DNA of 64,000 nucleotides from Bacteroidota bacterium (GTDB lineage Bacteria > Bacteroidota > Bacteroidia > AKYH767-A > OLB10), in NCBI GenBank assembly GCA_016713445.1, contig JADJPB010000001.1, positions 449,000-512,999 on the forward strand, written 5' to 3'. Made by a program: the position numbers and the translations under genes. Numbering within the stretch: the stretch's first letter is position 1; each line of letters begins with the position of its first letter. Under the pieces are notes generated by a model that searched no databases, was not told the origin of the DNA, and saw nothing but the letters and a program-made list of their open reading frames with translations. Shown one piece after another: positions 51,582 through 63,098 of the stretch.

Positions 51582-53253
51582 TTACCCTATTGCTACATTC
51601 ACCTTCTCAATAATCTCTTTCTCAATCTGCACAGCTTCGCTCTCTATTTTTGCAGCTCTTGCTAATATCTTTTCTAAATAAACTTTATCACTAAATCCTG
51701 AAGCATTGATGCGAACATTCATGTGTGCACCCAATACAGCAGTTCTTGCGCAGAGAGCACCTACTCCTGCATCGGTGATGGAATTTGGATTTCCTTTTTC
51801 CACCATCGCTTTCATGACTTGCATACTTTGAAGTGTCACCTCCATCACTTGAAATGGAATTTCGATGGCAAACTTAGTGGCAGCTTGCACCGCTTCTTTG
51901 CGAATTGCTTTCTCCTCATCAGTCCCTTTTGGCAATTTAAAAGCTTCTAAAATCATATTGAATGCACGCGTATCTTCATCCACCAAATGCATGAGTTGTT
52001 TCTTAAATTGTTGCCCTTTCTCCGCCCAATCGCTGAATTCTTCCCATGAGTCTTCCCATCCTTTTTTAGAGGCACTCAAATTCGCTACCATGGTTCCTAA
52101 AGACACACCCAGCGTTGCTACATAGGCAGAAATGGATCCTCCTCCCGGTGCCGGAGATTCACTCGCCGTTTCATTGGCAAAAGCAACGAGGTTCATATCG
52201 ATGAGTTTCTTATGTTCTGCCTCCAATTGATATTCGATAATTCGCTCTTTAGGATTGAAAGGTCCGAGTTCATCAAGACCCATGGATTTTACAGCAATAT
52301 GGATAAGTTCTTCATCGCTGACACCTGCACTTAACTTTTGTTTTTGAGAAAATATCTTCCAGCATCTAACATCGATGAAAGCGGAACTAATCCTACTAAC
52401 TCTGATCCGGTAACTCTTTGTCCACGTTTATAAGCACTCTCATAGCACTCTTGGAAAACAATATGCAGTGGGGTTTCCCTGAATTTTGTGATGTTGATAG
52501 AAACCTGCGCAATGCCATATTCATCAATATACCATCCAATCGCTTTTACTCCTTTCAAAGTTCCAGGCGTTCGAATTTCATTTCCTGAAGCATCCAATAC
52601 TTTTTTTCCTTTGTCATCCACTTTCACTCTGCCAGCTTCTCGAATATCGAAGGCAACACTGTTTGCGCGTTTTACAGATTTTGTATTGAGGTTAACATTG
52701 TACGCAATGAGAAATTCACGCGCTCCAATGACTGTAGCGCCAGTTTTGGAAGAAAATATGGCAGGACCATAATCCGGTTTCCATTGTGGTTCATTTATTT
52801 TTTTGAAAAACCCTTCGTATTCACCAGCGCGGATGATGGATAGGTTACTTCTTTCTTTATTCGGTTGAGCTTCTTCATAGAGGTAAACAGGTATGTTTAA
52901 TTTATTCCCTACTCTTTCGGCTAATTTCTTACTCCAAGCCGCTGTTTCTTCCATGCTAATATTTGCAATGGGAATGAATGGACAAACATCGGTTGCACCC
53001 ATGCGAGGATGTTCCCCTTTATGTTTACTCATGTCGATGAGTTGCGCCGCCATCTCGATGCCTTTGAATGCGGCTTCAACAACAGCATCTGGCTCTCCCA
53101 CGAGTGTCATTACGGTACGATTAGTAGCTTTACCTGGATCTACATTCAAAGTTTAACTCGGTCAACAGAGCGGATCGCATCTGCTATTTGCTGTACTATC
53201 TTTTCATCGCGTCCTTCGCTGAAGTTAGGAACACATTCAATAAGTTGTTTCAT
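51582..53253 (-). pseudogene. ftcD: bifunctional glutamate formimidoyltransferase / formimidoyltetrahydrofolate cyclodeaminase, 2 frameshifts
   Basis: ATG at 53253 gives MKQLIECVPNFSEGRD. Fragment 52331-53149 is the transferase domain (..HPRMGATDVCPFIP..). Fragment 51582-52283 is the cyclodeaminase domain (..SESPAPGGGS.SA..). Confidence 0.85.
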
Positions 53254-53411
53254 AGAATTTTCATTAGAAGATTTGATCTACGGTCGAAAAAACATGAAAG
53301 AGGCCGCAGATTATCATGATTTATTATGATTGATTTTTTTGATTAACTAAGTTTGTATAGATGAAGACTACTTTTTTTTCCTTGAAATGATCGTGAATTC
53401 TATTGTAAATA

Positions 53412-54467
53412 TTATATTGGTTGTATTTGATTTCTAGCTTTGATGTAATCACTTACCAGATAAGCAATGAGTTTTCCGGTTTTTAAATCGGTTTTGATAT
53501 GTGATAAGATGGGCGCGGCTTCGGCGAGATGGAAATATTTAACATTTGAATGTGAAGCTACCCAATGAACATATTGCCGGGCTTGAATGGTGCTAATTCC
53601 ACTTGACGTTTTTGCACTGGATGGAATGTTCTGAATAATATCGAAATCTAATTCCAGTCCGACGGGAATTCCTTTATTGAATTGCACCGCCTTCATCACA
53701 GCTTCCTGAAATGTAATTTCTTCTCTCACGAAGATCTCTTCAAACCAAGTTGCTTGTAATTTTTTGTTGTGGATGAGATCATCCATCACTTGAGAAATAT
53801 TGAAAATCTCATGCAATCCTATAATTGAATAACGTTGTAAATAATCATCATTCACAGCATAACTAAATGCATTTCCACTGTGTCTTCCTTCTAATCTTCT
53901 GAAGTCGCTATGTGCATCGCAATTGATGCAACCTATCTCTTGTTGACCTTTCTCTTTCATCGACCTCGACAACCCCTTCAACAAACCATAGGCGTTATTA
54001 TGTCCGCCACCAATTACGATTGCTTCCTTGCCTGCATCAAAAATGCTTTTTAAAATAGAATTCACTACTTCGTCAATTTCAGAAACCAATTCTCGAGCTC
54101 TCAGCAACATCTCGGTATTCTGAACATCTAAACTTTTCATTTCTTCCATCTCCTTTGAAAAGTCAACATGACCTAAGACAATGAGTTCTTCTCCTGTAAA
54201 TCGAGCATTGCTTTGAATATTGAGCAAGGTACTTAAGGCTGGCTGCCATGCAGAATAAGCTCCTCCTCTTCCAAAATTAGCACGTACTCCTATGTCTTCG
54301 GGCAAACCTAATAAAACATAACGCTCAGGCATATCCGCCAATGCTTGTTGCCAATTGAGTTTTTGATTCCACGAAATAGTCTTTACCTTTTCGCCCAATC
54401 GGATTTCGCCAACACGAGGTCGAGTAATTTCATTGATTCTTAAATGATCATAAACAACTAAATCCAT
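53412..54467 (-). CDS. hutG: arginase-family formimidoylglutamase-like hydrolase
   Basis: 351 aa with ureohydrolase metal motifs (GGGHN.., ..INCDAHSD.., ..GLELDFD..). Its position next to hutI and ftcD supports the call. Confidence 0.7.
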   Translation of the reverse strand: MDLVVYDHLRINEITRPRVGEIRLGEKVKTISWNQKLNWQQALADMPERYVLLGLPEDIGVRANFGRGGAYSAWQPALSTLLNIQSNARFTGEELIVLGHVDFSKEMEEMKSLDVQNTEMLLRARELVSEIDEVVNSILKSIFDAGKEAIVIGGGHNNAYGLLKGLSRSMKEKGQQEIGCINCDAHSDFRRLEGRHSGNAFSYAVNDDYLQRYSIIGLHEIFNISQVMDDLIHNKKLQATWFEEIFVREEITFQEAVMKAVQFNKGIPVGLELDFDIIQNIPSSAKTSSGISTIQARQYVHWVASHSNVKYFHLAEAAPILSHIKTDLKTGKLIAYLVSDYIKARNQIQPI

Positions 54468-54479
54468 GGTACAATTTGT

Positions 54480-55712
54480 CTATTGAAATTCACCATTTAA
54501 CATAACCGATTCTATCAAATCACTTCCAAAGGAATACGGCAAGGAAGCCAAGGATGGAATCTTTTTAGTGATAAATAAGTTGGCTTGCTTTCCCTTTACA
54601 AAACTTCCTGCTTGGTCCATCACGCCCATAGCATAGGCGCTGTTGAGCGTGGCGGCATTGATCGCTTCTTCAGGACTCATGCCTAAATACAAACAAGCAA
54701 GCGTACAAACGAATGACATTTTACCACTCGGACTTGATCCCGGATTAAAGTCAGAGGCAAGCGCAACTGGTAAACCTGCATCAATCATTTTACGAGCTGG
54801 AGGATAATGAATCTTCAAAAAGAAAGCAGTACTTGGCAATAACGTTGGCATAGTATCACTATCGAGCAAACATTTAATTTCTTCATCGCCTGTACACTCG
54901 AGATGATCTACCGAAAGCGCATTGTGTTTTACTCCAACTTGAATTCCTCCTGAAAAATCCAATTCATTTGCATGAATTTTTGGACGCAATCCGCGTTTTA
55001 CACCGGCTTCTAAAATTCGATCCGTTTCTTCAACTGTAAAGAATCCACGATCACAAAAAACGTCGTTGTAATCGGCTAAACCTTCGTCAGCAATCACTGG
55101 AATTAATCTATTCACTAGTAAATCGATGTACTCCGATCTCTTTTCCTTAAATTCAACAGGCAAGGCATGCGCTCCTAAAAAAGTTGATTTTATGATCAAT
55201 GGAGAAGATGCTTTCAATCTTTTTATAACACGAAGCATTTTTAATTCTGCTTCATAAGTGAGTCCGTAACCACTTTTAATTTCGATGGCGCCGGTTCCAA
55301 AATGAATCACTTCTTCGAGGCGAGCAAAGGCTGCATCATACAACTCCGATTCATCGGTAGCTTGCAAGCGTTTTGCGGAATTTAAAATTCCTCCTCCATT
55401 TCGAGCGATCTCTTCATACGTTTTTCCATGAATACGATCTACGAATTCTGCCTCACGAGATCCTGCGAAAACAACATGCGTATGTGAATCACACCATGAA
55501 GGCAACACGAATTTGCCAGAAGCATCTACTACATCATTTACAGGAGCATGAAACGGCTCATCCATATGCCCTACACCACAAATCTTATCACCTTCAATCA
55601 TGATCCAGCCGTTTTCCATTACCGGCAAATTACGCATTTCTTTTCCGCGCACCACATGACTTCGACCATGTTGCACAATTCCTTTTGCATTTATAATTAA
55701 TATTCTATTCAT
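54480..55712 (-). CDS. hutI: imidazolonepropionase
   Basis: 410 aa with the amidohydrolase motif ..PSWCDSHTHVVFAG.., ..KIHANEL.. and ..ALASDFNPGSSP.. Confidence 0.9.
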   Translation of the reverse strand: MNRILIINAKGIVQHGRSHVVRGKEMRNLPVMENGWIMIEGDKICGVGHMDEPFHAPVNDVVDASGKFVLPSWCDSHTHVVFAGSREAEFVDRIHGKTYEEIARNGGGILNSAKRLQATDESELYDAAFARLEEVIHFGTGAIEIKSGYGLTYEAELKMLRVIKRLKASSPLIIKSTFLGAHALPVEFKEKRSEYIDLLVNRLIPVIADEGLADYNDVFCDRGFFTVEETDRILEAGVKRGLRPKIHANELDFSGGIQVGVKHNALSVDHLECTGDEEIKCLLDSDTMPTLLPSTAFFLKIHYPPARKMIDAGLPVALASDFNPGSSPSGKMSFVCTLACLYLGMSPEEAINAATLNSAYAMGVMDQAGSFVKGKQANLFITKKIPSLASLPYSFGSDLIESVMLNGEFQ

Positions 55713-56061
55713 TTTCTTTTAATCCAAAATGGTTTTTGTCCGAGTAGTCGAATATATCCAACATAAACATACATACAAGCTGCAAATAAGTGAGCGATGG
55801 GTAAGGCTTTCTTACCTCGTTCAAAATAATGAAAACGATGAATAATTGGACGGCGGCTTCAATAAAAAACAAAATGCTTTCTCCACTTCCTACAATAGAT
55901 TGAATGCGATGATGAAAAGCGGCAACCAAAATCATCAAGAGTCCAGCTATAAAAAAGAACAGTGGTGATCCATGCGCATGATCCAACTCTCCAATTCCAT
56001 GTAGAATCACTACGAATCCCGCTAGAAAGTGAGCAAATTTATAAAGTTTATCGTTCTTCAT
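55705..56061 (-). CDS. small integral membrane protein, function unknown
   Basis: 118 aa with about four hydrophobic helices. Its stop overlaps the hutI start. Confidence 0.5.
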   Translation of the reverse strand: MKNDKLYKFAHFLAGFVVILHGIGELDHAHGSPLFFFIAGLLMILVAAFHHRIQSIVGSGESILFFIEAAVQLFIVFIILNEVRKPYPSLTYLQLVCMFMLDIFDYSDKNHFGLKENE

Positions 56062-56074
56062 TGAAGAGTCAAAA

Positions 56075-56782
56075 CTAACTTATTTCGAGGATATTTTTTA
56101 TTGAAGTCAGAGTAGAAATGTATTTATTTATGAACTTTTCTTTTTCTTTTCTTTTGTATTGAAGTACAAAGCGAGGATGCGGTAATGGAATGATTTGATC
56201 GAACCATTTCATTTGGTCGTTTAATCGCTTGAAATACTTATAGTTTTGGCCTTCTCCCAAACAGATTGCGATTTCTGTGTGCGCTCCCATTCGAACTTGC
56301 TGATTCATTTTTTCAACAATATAGGGACTTACTCTTTTTTCAAGAAGTGGAATATCATAATAATTCAAATTTTTTCCATCCATCATAAATCCCAAAGGAC
56401 AAATCGAGGAAAGGAAAAAATGCTTTGTGAATTTTTCGATTCCTCCAAACTTTTGAAAAACTTCATGAATAAACTGAGAACTTAACTCCGCCTTCAGTGC
56501 GAAAGGATGATCGATTTTAGCATCATTTAACAAGTTCACCGGATCGGTGAAAGAAATACCAGTGACGCCCGCTCCCATTCTACCTGGATTGATTCCGAAT
56601 AAAAAAACGCGCTTCCCGATAGAGGAATAATACTTATTGTAGTATTTATTCACAACAGTTTGGGTGGGGAGGTCTAAGTAAGGATTCAAAACAGACACTC
56701 CTCGTGGGCATTTGAAGTCAGGTTCCAGACTCAAAAGGAATTGGATGACTTCTTTTCCAAATGCATTATTTTTCTTCGACAT
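56075..56782 (-). CDS. uracil-DNA glycosylase-superfamily protein (SMUG2/DUF4918-like)
   Basis: GINPGRMGAGVTGISFTDP and the C-terminal LPHPRFVLQY resemble UDG-superfamily motifs. The likely start is MSKKNN (56782). The call is from memory. Confidence 0.55.
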   Translation of the reverse strand: MSKKNNAFGKEVIQFLLSLEPDFKCPRGVSVLNPYLDLPTQTVVNKYYNKYYSSIGKRVFLFGINPGRMGAGVTGISFTDPVNLLNDAKIDHPFALKAELSSQFIHEVFQKFGGIEKFTKHFFLSSICPLGFMMDGKNLNYYDIPLLEKRVSPYIVEKMNQQVRMGAHTEIAICLGEGQNYKYFKRLNDQMKWFDQIIPLPHPRFVLQYKRKEKEKFINKYISTLTSIKNILEIS

Positions 56783-56842
56783 GTTAATAAACAATCAGCG
56801 TTTTAATCAATCCTTAGCAGACAAAAATTTATTTTTAGCCCA

Positions 56843-57688
56843 ATGGAATATATTGAATTAGATATCAAAATTAGTCCTTTGGATCCATTTAGGGAGTATA
56901 TGTCTTACCATTTGGCGGAAATAGGATTTGAAATGTTCACGGAAACGGAAAACGGTTTATTGGCTTATTCGCCATCGGATGCTTACAATGAATCAAGTGT
57001 AGATCAAATTTTCAAGGATGGTATCGAGTTAGGTTGTGAAGCGAGTTTCTCCTCTAAAATTATTCCATGGCAAAACTGGAATGAAGAGTGGGAAAAAGCC
57101 TATCAACCAGAAGTAATTGCCGGTAAAATATATGTACGTGCTGATTTTCATCCAGAGAACCCCGGCTACCCATTAGAAATTATTATTCAACCCCGAATGG
57201 CATTTGGAACAGGACACCACCCTACTGCTTCACAAGTGATGGAAATGATGTTGAAGATGGATTTTAAAGGAAAAAGAATTATTGACATGGGTTGCGGTAC
57301 GGGTATTCTTGCCGTCTTGGCCATGAAATTGGGTGCAGAGCATGCCATAGCCATAGACAACGATGCCAATGCTGTTGAGAATTCTGTCGACAATGTACTA
57401 AAAAACTCCTGTAAAAATATTGAAGTCTTTGAGGGTGAAGCTGTGGGATTAAAGGGTTTAAAGTGCGATATCTTCATCGCAAACATCAACCGAAATATTA
57501 TTTTAAATGATCTTGCGTTGTATAAAGAAACCATGACGAATGGTGGAGAGCTTATCACGAGTGGATATTATCTTCAGGATTTAACCATCATCACTAAGAA
57601 AGCCAAAGAATTTGGATTTGAATTTATTGAAAATACAGTACAGAATGATTGGTGCTGTGCAAGGTTTCTATTAGCTTCTAGCTTCTAG
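56843..57688 (+). CDS. prmA: ribosomal protein L11 methyltransferase
   Basis: 281 aa with ..IIIQPRMAFGTGHHPTA.. and the SAM motif IIDMGCGTGILA. The last four codons plus the stop (A-S-S-F-TAG) are encoded by the gcttcta repeat. Confidence 0.85.
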   Translation: MEYIELDIKISPLDPFREYMSYHLAEIGFEMFTETENGLLAYSPSDAYNESSVDQIFKDGIELGCEASFSSKIIPWQNWNEEWEKAYQPEVIAGKIYVRADFHPENPGYPLEIIIQPRMAFGTGHHPTASQVMEMMLKMDFKGKRIIDMGCGTGILAVLAMKLGAEHAIAIDNDANAVENSVDNVLKNSCKNIEVFEGEAVGLKGLKCDIFIANINRNIILNDLALYKETMTNGGELITSGYYLQDLTIITKKAKEFGFEFIENTVQNDWCCARFLLASSF

Positions 57689-57735
57689 CTTCTAGCTTCT
57701 AGCTTCTAGCTTTTAGCTTTTAGCTTCAAGCTTCT
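57671..57735. repeat. heptad tandem array (gcttcta), about 9 copies
   Basis: Read directly. It overlaps the 3' end of prmA. Confidence 0.9.
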
Positions 57736-57770
57736 TAATTGATTAATGCAATGTAATCCTAACAACTAAC

Positions 57771-57852
57771 ATCATCCAACATCCAATATCCAACATCCAA
57801 TATCCAACATCCAATATCCATCCAACATCCAACATCCAATATCCAACATCCA
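57771..57852. repeat. heptad tandem array (Yatccaa), about 11 copies
   Basis: Read directly. It ends 4 nt before the ATG at 57857. Confidence 0.9.
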
Positions 57853-57856
57853 AAGA

Positions 57857-60800
57857 ATGAAATTATATAGACTCGTCATTTTTACACTGCTATTTACTCT
57901 AGCCAATTACTCATCATTTGCGCAAGCGCCGAAATCATTTAGCGCGGAGCCAGTCGCATTTTTAAGGAGCTCAAAGACTATATGGAATTGACGAATAAAA
58001 ATGAGACTGGGAAGTTAATGGATAAGTTTGAGTTGATTTGGATAAAGACACCCAAGTTTACCGGAGAGCAAATGCGGACTATCGTTGCAACAGCAAACGA
58101 TATGTTAAAAAAGAGAATGAAACCATATCCCGATTTTAGCAATTATGTAATAGCCTTGATGGCATTCAGCGAGTCAGGCCGAAATTTAGATATGTTTTTG
58201 AATTGGCATAACAGTTTGGATAAAGTGATTTCAGGGAGCACGAAACGTTACAGTAACTATATTGAGGATGTCGCAGGACTTTTTGCCTCGAATACACTTT
58301 ACGAATCAAGTTCAACAAAATGGGTGGCAAGTACTGGCGATTTTATATTCGAGTTTGATACCGTGCCGCGCATCAAATTTCCGAAGATGGATTTAACATG
58401 CTATGCGAAAGATGATAGCAGCGTAATTACTGGTGTCAGTGGATACTATTATCCGTTGAGTAAATCTTTTATTGGAAAAGGTGGAAAATTGACTTGGACG
58501 AGAGCGGGATTGAATCCTGCTACTACTTATGCCGACATCCTTTCGGTTACGGTTGACTTGACGAGCACTGAGTGGGGTACTGACAGTGCTGTATTTTACA
58601 ATAAACAGTATTTCAAGGATCCTTTGAAAGGAAAAATCGTCGATAAAATTTTAGCCAATGTTGCGCCTGAAAAAGCAACGTATCCCCGATTTTATTCCTA
58701 CGATTTGAAATTAGGAATTAAAGAAATTGTGAAGGATGCAGATTATGTAGGTGGGTTTTCTCAGCAAGGAAGTAAGATGATTGGATCTGGAACGAAGGAA
58801 CAAAAAGCAACACTTACTTTTAAAAGAAATAACAAATTGTTTTAGTGGTTTCTTCCCTAAGTTTTGTGGTGCGTCCCGATCGAATTAGCTCCGATAATGC
58901 TGCCATTGTTTGTTATTATGAACAAGATAGTATCTACCATCCTTCGGTGGAAATGAAGTACATCAGTAAAGATAGAGAGTTGAGTTTTATTCGAACTTCT
59001 GGTGTGGGCGTGTCCATGCCTTTTTTCAATTCTTTCCATCAGATGGATATGTATGTAGATGCCATTTATTGGAAGATTGATGATCCCATTATGGAGTTGA
59101 AGATGTTGAGTGGTCAAGGCGAAAGCAAGATGGTGCTAGAGTCGAGTAATCTGTATACCGACGAGCGTTATCAAAAGATTCAAGGAATTTCTGATGTGAG
59201 TCCGCTCTACACCATCAAACAATATGTAGAAAAGACAAGTAGAATTATATATGTTCCTGACTTTGCTCGTTATTTGAGAGTAAGTGAACAGCAAGCGCGT
59301 TCATTGATAATTTATTTGGCTAACAAAGGATTTCTAAGTTACGATTTTGAAACCGATGAGGCAACTGCGAATGAGAAGTTGTATTATTACTTAGCTGCAA
59401 GAAGCAATAAAACGGATTACGATAAAATTGAAATCGAATCTGTCATTTCCGCTTTACCGAATGCCAAGTTAAATTTGATGAATTTTGAAATGGACTTGCA
59501 GGGTGTAGGAAGAATTTTACTGAGCGACTCACAGCAAGTGTGGATTGCACCGATAGAACAAGAAATGCGTTTGTTGAAGAATAGAGATTTTGAATTTAGT
59601 GGTCGTGTTCATGCAGGTAGAAGTGATTTTTACGGCAAGAAATTCAAATTTTTGTATGATCAATTTAGAATCGATTTGACCAATGTAGATTCCATCCGAC
59701 TAAAAGTAGTTTCCGAAACAGAGTTGGATGCGAACGGAAATCCTAAGTTAATCCCTTTGAAAAGCACCTTACAAAACGTTGCAGGAAAAATTTATATTGA
59801 TAGTTTAACGAATAAGTCGAGTCGAAAAAGTTACCCCGCTTACCCAATTTTCGTGAGCGACAAGGAGGCGTATGTTTATTATGATCATCCCTCCATTTTT
59901 AATTCAGTTTATAAGCGTGATAATTTCTATTTCAAGATGGATCCGTTTACGATTGATTCGCTTGACAATTTTTCGGCGGGTGGACTTAAATTTAAAGGAG
60001 ATTTTGAATCGGGAGGCATATTCCCTACCATTGCTGAAACTGCAATCATTCGACCGGATTATTCTTTCGGTTTTGAAAGGGAAAGTCCGACTGAAGGGTA
60101 TCCCATGTATGGCGGTAAAGGAAGATATTACAACCATATTGATTTAAGTTATGCAGGACTATTGGGAGAAGGAAAAGTAGAATATCTAAGTTCCGCCTCT
60201 GAATCAAAAGAAATCAACTTTTTCCCAGATTCAACCAACCTAGATAAAGCCTCTTGGGATTTGAGAAAAGAGACCATTGCCGGTATTGGATTTCCACAGG
60301 CAAACGGGTCCGATACGTACATCAACTGGAGACCAAGGGAAGATAAGATGTATGTCTTCAAAAAATCATCAAAACTTGAAATTTATTATAAGAATGTGAC
60401 TGTTGATGGGAATTTAATTTTAGCATCAAAAGGCTTAGGCGGAAATGGCGATTCTTATTTCTTGGAGTCCGAATTGTACTCTAAGGATTTTTGGTTCAAA
60501 CAAGATGCATATGGAGCGGATACCTCTGATTTCAAGTTGAAGTCGGATGATGCTAATGTGTTAGCCATTCAAACCAAAAATGTAAAATCAAAAATTTATT
60601 TGGTAAAGCGGTTTGGAGATTTTATCTCTAACGGAAAAGGTTCATTTGTAAGTTTTCCATTGAACCAATACATCTGCTACATTGAACAATTCAAATGGTT
60701 TATCGATAAACAAGAAGTTGAATTTGGTGAGGACTATAAAGACAATACCAAACTCAATATTGAGGGTTCTGATTTCGTGTCCATCAATCCTTATCAAGAT

Positions 60801-62293
60801 TCCTTACGATGGAATGCTGGGTTAGCACGATATAGTTTGATTGATTATTTAATAAAGGCCAGAAAAGTTAAAGAAATATTAGTAGCCGATGCATCCATCC
60901 AGCCCAATGACACTACCACCATTGTGATCGAAAGAAACGCAGTGATGCGACCTTTGCTGAATGCCAAAATAGTTGCAAATACAACCACTAAACTGCATCA
61001 TATTAACGAAGCAGATGTAAATGTATTAGGACGAAAAAAGTACGAAGCCACTGGAAAGTATGCTTATACAGATCCTGCGGGAGCCAAGCATTTAATTGCA
61101 TTGGAGCGCATCGGAATTGATACTTCTTTGCAAACCTATGCGAACGGAGTAATTCCAGACAGTGTTCAATTCATGTTAAGCAGTAGTATCCAATATAAAG
61201 GTGGCGTTTATATTGCTGCTGCGAATCCCCTGTTAAACTTTGATGGCTTTGCTAAAGTGAATCATTTATGCGAAGAAAAATTACCTGCGAATTGGTTTAG
61301 TTTTAAAAGTGATATTGACCCTAAAGGTGTGACCATTCCTATCAATGAACCCAAAAATGAGAATGGCGAAAAATTGGCTTTGGCGATTTCTCATTCATCG
61401 GATAGTACTGGTTTTTACTCCTCTTTCATCTCGCCGAAACAACGTAGTACTGATACAGATTTAATTTCTGCTTCTGGTGTATTAAGTTATGATACGAAAG
61501 CAAAAGTGTATAAGGTTGCTTCGCCAGAGAAAATATTATCTCCTGATGCTCCCGGGAATATGATCATGTTAAATGATGCGAATTGCGTGGTGTATGGAGA
61601 AGGAAAATTAAATCTCAATTCGACATTTGGTCAGTTTGTCATGTCAGTAAATGGAAATGTAAAAAACAATACCAATAACGATAGCACTCACTTTGATGTA
61701 CTTGTCGGACTTGATTTTATGTTTAATAATGATGCACTTAAAAGTATGTCGGAGCTCATCACCGGAAATCCTACGCTTAAACCTACAGACGATACAAGAA
61801 CCGTTTGGGTGCGTGCAATTAAAGATATCGTAGGTATTGAAAAGGCTGATAAAATGATTTCAGAGTACAGCTTATACGGAGCGCCGAAAAAATACCGCAA
61901 GAATTGCAACAGACTATTTTTCTCTCCGATCTAAAATTATATTGGGATATGCAAGCTCAAGCCTTTCGCTCAAACGGACCCATCGGAATTGGGTTTATTG
62001 GGAAAGAGGCAATTAGTCGGCAGATGGTTGGATATTTTGAAATTCAAAGAAGGCGAGGAAATGATGTCTTTAACCTGTACCTTGAATCGGATAAAGGAAC
62101 TTGGTGGTATTTTAACTACTCAAGAGGTATTATGCAATCCATTTCATCGGATAATAAATACAACGATGCAATCAACAATTTGAAGCCTGAGAAGCGGGTA
62201 GCTAGTGCAAAGGGAGACACTCCTACCTATGAATATATGTTGAGTACGGATCGTAAAAAAGCGGAATTTATAAAGAAATTCTTGGGGCAATAG
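57857..62293 (+). pseudogene. very large (about 1,480 aa) secreted protein of unknown function, 3 frameshifts
   Basis: ATG at 57857 gives a signal peptide MKLYRLVIFTLLFTLANYSSFAQA. Four consecutive fragments abut or overlap each other (57857-57990, 57982-58845, 58845-61934, 61904-62293). Confidence 0.65.
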
Positions 62294-62456
62294 ATGTTAT
62301 TAGTAGAAGGTTGTTGGACACAGATTTCTAGACTCAAGATTGAGGTAGGTTATTTTGATCAATGCTTTGAATTTTAATTGGTTAAGTATTAGTTGTTCAT
62401 AAAGCAAGTTCGTTTCAATAATCGACTTAACATTAAATTGATATATTTGGAGCTGT

Positions 62457-63098
62457 ATGATGAGTTTTACAAACCTAAGTCTAGTATTGCTTGCGTATAT
62501 GATGGCTTCCATGCCCTCAGCGGTATGGATTGGAAAGTTGTTATACGGTGTTGATGTAAGAGACTATGGAAGTGGAAATGCAGGTGCTACCAATACCTTT
62601 AGAGTACTCGGAAAAAAAGCGGGTTTGCCCGTATTAATATTAGATATTTTAAAAGGATTTGTGGCCGTAAAGTTGGTTTGGCTCACTGCAAAATATTTAC
62701 CTGACACCCAGCAATTTGTCAACTTAGAATTAAGTCTTGGATTAGCCGCCTTGATTGGACATATCTTTCCCGTTTTTGCAGGTTTCAGAGGCGGAAAAGG
62801 CGTGGCTACCCTACTTGGAATTTTATGCGCCGTTCATATAGGTGCCGCATTAATTTGTATTGCAGTATTTATGATTACCATTTTTTTTACTCACTATGTT
62901 TCGTTAAGTTCAATGCTTTCCGCATTAACTTTTCCAATTTCAATTATGTTTATCTATCATGAAACCATACCAGGTCTCAACATTTTTGCCATGTTTGTTT
63001 GTGTTTTGGTTTTAATCACTCATCAAAAAAACATTGAAAGATTGTTGAGTGGCGAAGAAGGAAAAATTGCTTTTCAACCTGGAAGTAAAACCAGTTAA
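62457..63098 (+). CDS. plsY: glycerol-3-phosphate acyltransferase PlsY
   Basis: 213-aa polytopic membrane protein with GSGNAGATN and ..GGKGVAT.. Confidence 0.9.
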   Translation: MMSFTNLSLVLLAYMMASMPSAVWIGKLLYGVDVRDYGSGNAGATNTFRVLGKKAGLPVLILDILKGFVAVKLVWLTAKYLPDTQQFVNLELSLGLAALIGHIFPVFAGFRGGKGVATLLGILCAVHIGAALICIAVFMITIFFTHYVSLSSMLSALTFPISIMFIYHETIPGLNIFAMFVCVLVLITHQKNIERLLSGEEGKIAFQPGSKTS

